Position numbers and translations under genes: made by a program
Shown: positions 54,086-64,000 of the stretch, one piece after another
Position numbering within the stretch: position 1 is the stretch's first letter
How the letters are laid out: every line of letters starts with the position of its first letter
Notes under the pieces: generated by a model
What the model saw: only the letters and a program-made list of their open reading frames with translations
The model's database searches: none
What the model was told of the DNA's origin: nothing
Source: Octopus vulgaris
Taxonomy: Eukaryota
NCBI GenBank assembly: GCA_951406725.2
Contig: OX597815.1
Coordinates: 14,012,001-14,076,000, forward strand
Direction of reading: 5' to 3'
DNA: 64,000 nucleotides

Positions 54086-55729
54086 TACGTGAGTGTTTGT
54101 CTCATATACATATGTATGTATGCACGTACTTCTGTCTCAGTCAGTCCATGCATGTGTGAGTGTGTAGGTGGGTGTATGGGTGTGCGTGGTGGTAGTGGGG
54201 GGGGTAGACTTGCAGATACAAATTTGATCATTATTAAGCGTAGTCTGAGTTTCGCCAGGTCTTATTTTCCGTCCCAAAACGTGTTTATCTCAAATACTTC
54301 AGGAGTTACTTTATAAATCTAATAATTTCAGAGAATGAAGCAAGAGATAGGAAGTAGGTAGTTCATGTCAAGCATAAGTTAACGTTTTAGTCTTGTAGTC
54401 ATTCCTGTGAAATTAAGAAGAGTTAAAATTTAAACTCTTCTCGCTAACCATATGATTCTTTATAACTGTCGAAGTCTTTTCACTGCTACAAAAATAAGTT
54501 TCTTGAGTACAGTATGAACGTGTATGAAACGATATTGTCTGTGAGTTTGTTTTTGATATACTTCTAAGTTCCAAGACATTTTAACATTAAACCTTATATA
54601 ATTCTTTTTCTTTCATTTATCTTGGGTTTTTTTCTCTTCTTTTTCTTTTTTATAGCGACTTGACTCTGGCAATGCACTCCAATAAAATCTTAGAATTACA
54701 ATGTTTGCAGTTACACGCTATTTGTTTTTTTTTCCCAACATTTTTCTGCATAATAAAATCGTAGTGAATCATTCATGTTTTTGTTATTCCCCGTGGACAA
54801 AATTTTAGAATTTGATCAAGAACCTGAAATAAAATGTTTCACAATCAACACTTTCCTCTGAACTCTATCAAAGTATTGTAAATTATTTATAAGTTCTTGG
54901 CCATTTGTTGTATTTCTTTCCATTATTTTTCAAGACGACAATCTGCATGTGAAATACATGAAGAAACTGAGTAATGGCGAAGAAGTCACATTGTTGCAAC
55001 GAGGACTAGTCGACGTAAATGTGATCTTTATTATTATATCAGCAATATACTTCTTCGCCATGTTTATCATTTGATTTATATATTTATAAACTTGTTTATT
55101 CATCTATTTATGATTATTCAGCTTCCTATCTATATATTCTTCTTGTACTGAATATTTTTCAGTTGATCTTTCTACATATTTTGCATTTATCATCCTCGTC
55201 ACCGCCGCCTTAGAATTTGCATCTTCTACTTCATCTTGACTTTCTCATACTCTTCTTCGTCTTATTTTACGTCTTCATTTCCTTTTTCCTCTTCATCGTA
55301 TAGTACTACTTCTCCTCTTTTTCCTCTTCGTCGTATATTACCACTTTTCCTCTTCGTCTCCATCTTCTTTCTTATCGTTATTATTTTTCCTGCTACTGTT
55401 TATTATTGCTGTTGTTGTTGTTGTTGTTGTTGTCACCATTGAAAGCATTGTTATGTGCTTCAATAAGATATGTATATTCACTGAATTCATTTGCTTTGCT
55501 AAAATAAGAAACGGAAGCCAACAGCCGTGTTGATGGTCTCAGTATTTTTCCATATCATGATAAAATGTATCTAAGCTATTTTGCCATAACTCCATATCTT
55601 TATGCAGTATCTTCAGTCGGCATATATCTCGGAATACATGAATGGAAAAAAACACACATTGACAAAGATGCACGCACGCTCGACCACACATGCATACACA
55701 CACACATGCTCACACACGCATATATGCAT

Positions 55730-55780
<51 letters not shown>

Positions 55781-56469
55781 TGTTTCTTTGACTCTTTAAT
55801 AATTCTGACGCTACGAAGCCTTGTGATTTTATAATGATGAGAGATACAAGGCCCTAGAGGATACATTTCTGATCACCTAGATACCTTGGGGCCGAGTTCT
55901 GTATCTGCGTCGCATTCCGGCTTAAATTCTCGAATAATTACTTCAGTTACTTCTGAATGGAAGCCATACACATAAAACGAATGTTTAAATTACAAACTCC
56001 ATAGCCTAAAATCACAAACTTTTAGCTTCCAGTTAGGTTTTTCAAAGTAATTGCTCATGGTTTATTTTCATAATATAGTTGTGTACATGTATAATATTTT
56101 TCTGGAGTAACACTGTTACTTTAATTGTAAAGCAAAAGAATAGATAGCTGAACCGGTATTTAGTCATATCCTGTTATATTATGATTTCACATAAGGCCAA
56201 AAACAACTTTTTACCAATAAATTCTTGGTTATTAAATTAGTAGTCAGATACTAGAAATGAGTGGAATAAATCAACTACATTTCTCTATCAAAATATATCC
56301 CTTTCGATTATGATCTATTACTTAAGTCTTCTGAAAGATAGAATCAACAGACGCAGTGACTGATGTACGAATGATGATGCATTTCCTTCTGGCGTACTGA
56401 GTTCGAATTCTACCTATGTGCCCATCTCAGATAAATAATATAATTATTTTCTAAAACAACTTTAGTAAA

Positions 56470-56713
56470 CTTCCTTTCCGAGTCACATAGACTGATAGGG
56501 CTATTTTCCATGGCTATACATTCCCCACCTGGATTTGGACGCTGGTCCATTGCAGGATAACGCAGTTTTGCCATCAGGATAAATTGGAGCAGCTTGAAAA
56601 GAAGTGCTTTTTTTTTTTGGCTCAAGATCACAATGTGTCGCCCGGTTCAGCAATCGAAACCAGAATCTTACGACGATGAATCTGACACATTAATCGCTAA
56701 GCCACCTGCCTCC
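56470..56713 (-). mobile_element. tRNA-derived SINE family E
   Basis: Head GGAGGCAGGTGGCTTAGCG, B box GGTTTCGATTGC, CORE-like TGTGATCTTGAGC, V-domain-like CCTGCAATGGACCAGCGTCC. Confidence 0.65.
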
Positions 56714-57195
56714 CTAAAACAACTTCAGGATTCGATTAACTGAAATTATTTCTAATGCCCCAGAAAAAAAAAATTGAAACCAGCAATATCTTTTCTCCCA
56801 GAGATAGAGTTTTAAAAACTGTAGGAGATGAACAAGACACGGTATGATTATTTGCTACCTAGGTTTCCGTTCTCAGATCAAATTCTGCGGGTGGCAGCAA
56901 TTCTTTGTTTAGCGTAGATAAAATAATTACTAGCAACATTTAGGCAATAACTACTCAAAAATTTCTCAGGTCCTCCAAACTTTTATTAATGATACGAATT
57001 AAGGACAATTTAGAGTAAGCCAACATAAGCCTAAAAGCAATAATAAGAAATTAATGTTCTCTACTGAAACTCTTATGCGAGATTTTGTATTGACATGGTG
57101 GGTTGATGACATAATATTTCAGCTTGAAAAATAAGACGTTGGGTGTGGTAGAGTGTATTGAGGACAACTGTGCTAGCCATGCTAACCGTATTAAA

Positions 57196-57261
<66 letters not shown>

Positions 57262-57301
57262 TTCTTTATTGAAGGCATAAAGAATTATGTGCATTATTTA
57301 C

Positions 57302-57565
57302 GGGCATATGGCGTAGTGGTTAAGAGCGCAGGCTGCTAACCCCAAGATTTTGAGTTCGATTCGAGGCATTCACTTGACTTTTGATAATAATGATAATAAT
57401 AATAATAATAATTATAACATCGAAAAATACCTTTGGAATGAGAACACGTTCGAAATTTCCCAAGACACCTTATGAAACCTGGAGGGTATATCAGCCGGAA
57501 CGTTGACGTTGTGTTAACAACACAGAAGATGAGGACATATAGCTGTCAAATGTAAATAATATGAA
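57302..57565 (+). mobile_element. SINE family C copy with degenerate HHR
   Basis: A box TGGCGTAGTGG, B box GAGTTCGATTC, (AAT)n spacer, tail homologous to 47410-47558. Confidence 0.85.
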
Positions 57566-58412
57566 TAATATATATATATATATATATATACATGCATGCA
57601 AGCATGCAATCATACATACATACATACATACATACATACATACATAATTGAATATCCCTCGCCTGAAAGCTCTGTATAACTTCAAGTTGGTACGCCCGCT
57701 GAAATTATGCTGTTTTTCCATTAAATATTTTGGTACCAAATACATATCTGTCCCGATTCATGACAGCCAAATTAAGCATGCATCTTAAACTACTCGCACA
57801 CTGAAAGTCAGTAACTTTAACTTTTACACATCATTGATTCACAGCTGCACTAAAATATTAAGGGCAAATATCAGAAGCTACAATAAGTGGAGAATATCAC
57901 CCAACTTGACTGTACCAACTGCAAAGATTTCCCTCTGTATTACCTATAGAACTGAAAGCTACAATAAGGATGCTTGTGCGCATTGCTCTGCTTCCATACT
58001 TTTGCGTTTCCCAGTTTGAAACCAACTTGTTTAAATCTCAAGCCAAAATGCTCTCTATCAGTGCTAAGAAACCTTCTTAACTTCGATATTTAGAACATAA
58101 TGGCTGCATATTCCTTACTACAACAGAAAAGTTCCCAACATCTTATATTGCTTTCCACTCACACCTACATTACCCACCTGTGGTAAACTGGTAAAGATTT
58201 GTGTGCCACTCTATTAAATTCAGCTTCATGTACTTCAAGTGAAAGCCTCCTCCTTTGATCACTTAAAACCACCATGGCAAATGGTGTTACCTTTTCTGCT
58301 CACCAAATTTATCAAAATCTCTCACAATTTCTCTCTCCCTCTGCCTCTGCATTTGTCTGCCTGTCTGTTTATCTTTTTCTCTTCGTCTCTCTCTCTCTCT
58401 CACTTTCTATCC

Positions 58413-58471
<59 letters not shown>

Positions 58472-59227
58472 TCAGTCATCCTGTGTATGTATCAATCACG
58501 TTCTCTGTGTCCTATTTCACCATAACAATATCCTCCCATTCTTTCAAATATTAGTTTATCACCCTCAGTTCAAAAGTGATGAAGATATCCCCTTAGTATA
58601 TATTCTGTGTGTACTTAGTAACCATCAGTAAACCTTCCATTGAGCCTTATCGAGCAGAAATTAACTATTTTGTGTCACTCATTAACGTTCTCCTTTTCAT
58701 GGTAAATTCGAGGTAGTCAATCGCGTCATATCCCTGCTACAAGAATATTCTGACTATTCTAACAGCCTATGGATTCTATCATTTCGTTTTGGGAATCGGA
58801 AGCTTTCTGTTAGATTGATCTACGACAGTGTGTTCTGATGAGGACCGTTCTTTCCCATACCTTATGAATCCTTGTGTTGTCTAGTACCCAGTTACGTTTG
58901 AATGTGTAATGTGTTGAAGAACATGTTACACCAGCGGCCGATTAACACACTATGTGCATTCCAAACGTCATAATTTTTCCTAGATCATTGTAATTTTTAT
59001 ATATGATTACTACACACCTAATAAGCTGATGTGCCAACTTTTGTTATTCAGAACTGAACGGAAACTGATGTACACTTTCAACACGCCCTGCTAAAAACCG
59101 CTTGCCCCAGCTGACTATTCGCTATGCAAACAAAATATGTTAAACTGGGCAAAAACGTTAGAGAATCTAATAGAACGGTTCAGTCTACTTATAGATTAAT
59201 GCGTATGAGTGGAGCAAGTTTACGATG

Positions 59228-59645
59228 TCACATCATCATCATCATTCATCATTGTTCGACCGTGGTCGAGACAATGGAATTTACTATGCTACGCAAGACT
59301 TCACGGTCCATCATGGCATTACGGAGGTCCTGTTGCTGGATGCCTGTATCCCTGGAGATTACATTAGGGTAGGAGAGTGTGCGCCCTCTGGCATTGCGAG
59401 TAGATGGCTTCCAGAGGAGAAGAGTAGAAATTACTTCTTTTTCAGCTCTACAACAATGTCCAGCAAACTGGACTCTCTTACCTTTCACAAGAGATGACAC
59501 AGGTGGTAGTTTCCCATATATTTGCATTTTGGTTGGATGGCACTTCCACGAGAGATTTTGAGCTCTCATAAGGAGGCGAATGTAGGTTCCATCCAACCGC
59601 CTCTCAAGCTTCTTTGATAACGTCCAGGTTTCTGAGCCATATGGC
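59228..59645 (-). mobile_element. RTE-clade LINE 3' end
   Basis: YGSETWTLSKKLERRLDG..QFAGHC..AMMDREV ORF followed by a (TGA)n tail. Confidence 0.9.
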
Positions 59646-59679
59646 ACAAGAAATCAGGAAACTCATAATAATCCCATTT

Positions 59680-60152
59680 TTAATAGCAAGGGCATCATCT
59701 ACATATACTGGGTTACCCCCGACGAGACGGTCAGTAAAATGTACTTTCTTGAGGTTTTGCAGGAATCGAGGGAAAGATTTCTTCGCAAAAGTCCAGAGTA
59801 CCAGGACAACGTACTAGTTCACAATTCTATCCTGATAACCAATTACTTGACAAAGATGGATATCAAACTTCCCTTCAGCCTCCCTGCAACCCAGACGTTG
59901 CTCCCTGTGACTGCCTCTAAGATTTTCTTCAGCTTGCCCAAGCTGAAGAGCTTCAGGGTCAATTGATTTTGAAGACATTGAGAAGCTGAATGAGGTATTG
60001 TCAAGAGTCCTTGACACTCCCAGGAACTGGCTGAACGCCATTACAAGTGCATTCATGCCAGAGATTCCTATTTTGAAGGAGAGTCTTGTGGTTCTTAGAA
60101 ATTAATAAATGTCTCTCATGAAAAAGTTTCAAATCTTCTAGAATGCACCTTG
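59680..60152 (+). mobile_element. mariner transposase 3' fragment
   Basis: QDNVLVHNSILITNYLTK, PDVAPCD, PKLK and YFEG remnants. Confidence 0.75.
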
Positions 60153-61069
60153 TTCCTCTGGCAGCGTTCCTACCAGTAAGGTGGTGTGAAGTGGCATGTA
60201 TATTGAATATTTTGTGTTTTAGTCAGTAAGCAGCCCTGTAGTCCGTGGTCTTTGTACTAAGTGACCTAACGATGTAGTTTGTGCACCTATTTTCGGTAGA
60301 CTTGGGTGGAAATATATCATCTGATGTTGTGTGTAACTCTAGTAACATTGACAGATTAGTAAAATTGAACACAGACATGAGTAAGAGACCAAGGCTATGC
60401 GGAGTGTCTGTATAACTGGGCGTTTAATGAAATTACCTACACTATCCACTCACAACATACAAAATTATTACACCTTTAAATCAAACGTAGTTACTAATAT
60501 CATATCATTTATATTCTACTTCGCGTGTTTTCGCACTAATTTTCTCAAACAATTCAACACATTTCCCGTATAATGTTCTGTGGCTATAGTATAAGTAGCT
60601 TCTATCTTTTATTTAAAAGAGATCTATTTATGTTGTAGGCTAAATGAAACAATGATTCCATGAGGGGTCGAGCGTTTTAATAATTCTATAGAATTCTAAT
60701 TATTTATTACTTTCTATAAAGTCATTGTCAGAGGTACTTCGCACCTCTCCTTTCGAATGTTACTAATGATAATCATGACAACAAAACTTACACTCTCATA
60801 TTATTTTCAGCAAATAGAATAAATTTCATTTACTAATCAACAGATTTTCTCACCAGATATGGGGTAAAATAAAGCTCATATACTTCTTCTTCGTTGTTAA
60901 TGATAACACGATCACCAAAAACAGCAACAATAATGATAATGTTGACTTCAAATTTCGGGGAGTGGTTAAGTCAATAGCATCTACCCCAATACTCAATTGG
61001 TACTTACTTTATCGACCCCGGAAGGATGAATTGCAAAGTCGACCTCGGCGGAATTTTGAACTCGCTACC

Positions 61070-61148
<79 letters not shown>

Positions 61149-61159
61149 ATGATAGCGAA

Positions 61160-61486
61160 AGGGACTGATTGCTACCTAACTCAGATACCAGGAAACACCA
61201 AAATGGCAGAAATTCAAAAGATAGTGCTCATGGGAACTGCTCATATCCTACGCAAAATACTCTCTATGTAATCCCAAGGGTTAAAACAAACTTTTTTTAT
61301 TTTTATTTATTATTTTTTATTTTTTTATTTTTTTTTATGTATTAGACATTCACTAGTAGAACACCAAAAAAAAACCCAAAAAAAACCCCAAATATATGGC
61401 ACAGAACTTCCAACCTGTTGTCTCTTGAGGTCTCTGGGTGAGACTTGGAGCCAACTTGTACAGACATAAAGCAAAAGTCAAACATA

Positions 61487-61490
<4 letters not shown>
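61160..61490 (+). mobile_element. Dong-like LINE 3' end between (AAT)n arrays
   Basis: QIPGNTKMAEIQKIVLMGTAHILRKILSM* plus 3' UTR. Confidence 0.85.
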
Positions 61491-61580
<90 letters not shown>

Positions 61581-61609
61581 AAGAAGAAGAAGAAGAAGAA
61601 GAAGAAGAA

Positions 61610-61960
61610 GAAAGAAGAGAAAAGATTGAAAAGTAGAGACTACTAAAATACGAAATTGCAAGAATATGGATTATGAGGAGTGTGTCTGCCATACCAGTAG
61701 TCGTAGGGGCACTCAAAGCACTAACAACCAAGTTCGAGAAATATGTCAGAAAAATTAGAATTGACATGGGAGCAGACCAAGCCTAAGAAAACGCGCTATT
61801 GAGGACAGCTAGGATTTTGAGATTGGTATTTGTGTGTTGAATGTCTCCCAATAATTTATGATTTTCAGAAAAAGACCCTGTGAGACTTCTGACAGCAGGC
61901 TGCCGAACGCTCTCACAGAATCAGCAAGAGCAATCAAGATCAAGTGCTCTATGAAATAAA
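61610..61960 (+). mobile_element. R4/Dong-like LINE 3' end
   Basis: LKYEIARIW..IPVVVGAL..ALLRTARILRLV. Confidence 0.8.
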
Positions 61961-61983
61961 ACAAGAACAACAACAACAACAGC

Positions 61984-62022
<39 letters not shown>

Positions 62023-62148
62023 AATAACAATAATAATAATAATAATAATAATGATGATAATAATAATAATAATAAATAATAATAATAATAATAAATAATA
62101 AAAATAATAATAACTAATAATAATAATAATAAATAATAAATAATAATA

Positions 62149-62225
<77 letters not shown>

Positions 62226-62262
62226 TAATAATAACTAATAATAATAATAATAAATAATAATA

Positions 62263-62331
<69 letters not shown>
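61960..62331. repeat. (AAC)n/(AAT)n array
   Basis: Seen directly. Confidence 0.97.
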
Positions 62332-62334
<3 letters not shown>

Positions 62335-62795
62335 GCCCTGATGCAGTACCAGGCAGTGGCTCTCATGGCTTCTGATCTTAACTGATTGGAAGTGTTATCA
62401 TGCACATTGTTTTGTCTTGGTATAAAAGATGTGCATCTCTGATCACGAGCAGAAGTAGTGGGGGAGCATCATAGCCATGTGTTGAGAGGGATTCTTTGGG
62501 GTTTTGAATAATTCACCTCTGGAAACATGGGTGGTTCTTTCAACATCCTTAAACAACCCTTATTCATGGACCGTTTGAGCGGGATGGGCTACTCAACCTG
62601 AAGAAAATTCTAACTGGGCCCCACCTGCAAGGTCATGTGCTGTTTATCTTGATATGAGATCACCATGTCGCGCACATATGGTTGTGATGCATGTGCCTGG
62701 TGTACCTTTATCAGACGGGTAGTCATGATGGGTATATTGGGCTTCGTATATTTTACCCCAGTGTCACTTTGATGGCATGAACTGCTCTCTCACTC
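62332..62795 (+). mobile_element. Family D retroposon in (AAT)n
   Basis: Homologous to the 15070 and 30797 copies; AAT arrays on both sides. Confidence 0.85.
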
Positions 62796-62808
62796 AATAA
62801 TAATAATG

Positions 62809-62879
<71 letters not shown>

Positions 62880-62914
62880 GATGATGAGGATGATGATGAG
62901 GAGGAGGGGGAGGG

Positions 62915-63850
<936 letters not shown>

Positions 63851-64000
63851 AATGAATAGCATGGTACCGTAGGCTGCAGGGATTAAGCTCACCACGCATG
63901 CAAGACTCCAGGAGCACCAACAAAACCTCTAATAAACCGAAAATAATAGTAACAAAAGCTGCAGCCTGATGTTAGAAAATTTTTTTTTCCAACAGTTTAA

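Noticed and set aside
57302-57370. tRNA gene
   Set aside because: The acceptor stem does not close; it is a SINE head.
58836-58860. CTGATGAG hammerhead-like start
   Set aside because: No downstream GAAA or helices.

Overview
This is AT-rich eukaryotic DNA dominated by microsatellites and transposon relics. The SINE families match my recollection of octopus repeats; that assignment was not checked against a database. I find no intact protein-coding gene, and most ORF-track entries are microsatellite or SINE read-throughs. Contents: several tRNA-derived SINE families, decayed R4/Dong-like and other RLE LINEs, RTE LINE ends, a decayed Penelope-like element (RT plus GIY-YIG), mariner/maT/pogo relics, MITEs and two non-autonomous Helitrons. 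The most notable signal is a set of unrelated small non-coding elements carrying type I hammerhead-ribozyme (HHR) motifs in Penelope-style tandem or inverted arrangements. These include a tRNA-headed SINE with an HHR and a 489-bp retrozyme-like unit. Also seen: a 137-bp apparent target-site duplication, retroelements partitioned among different microsatellites, a ~1.1-kb inverted repeat, a candidate 21-nt microexon and a possible decayed GPCR. All coordinates were read by eye and element edges are approximate.
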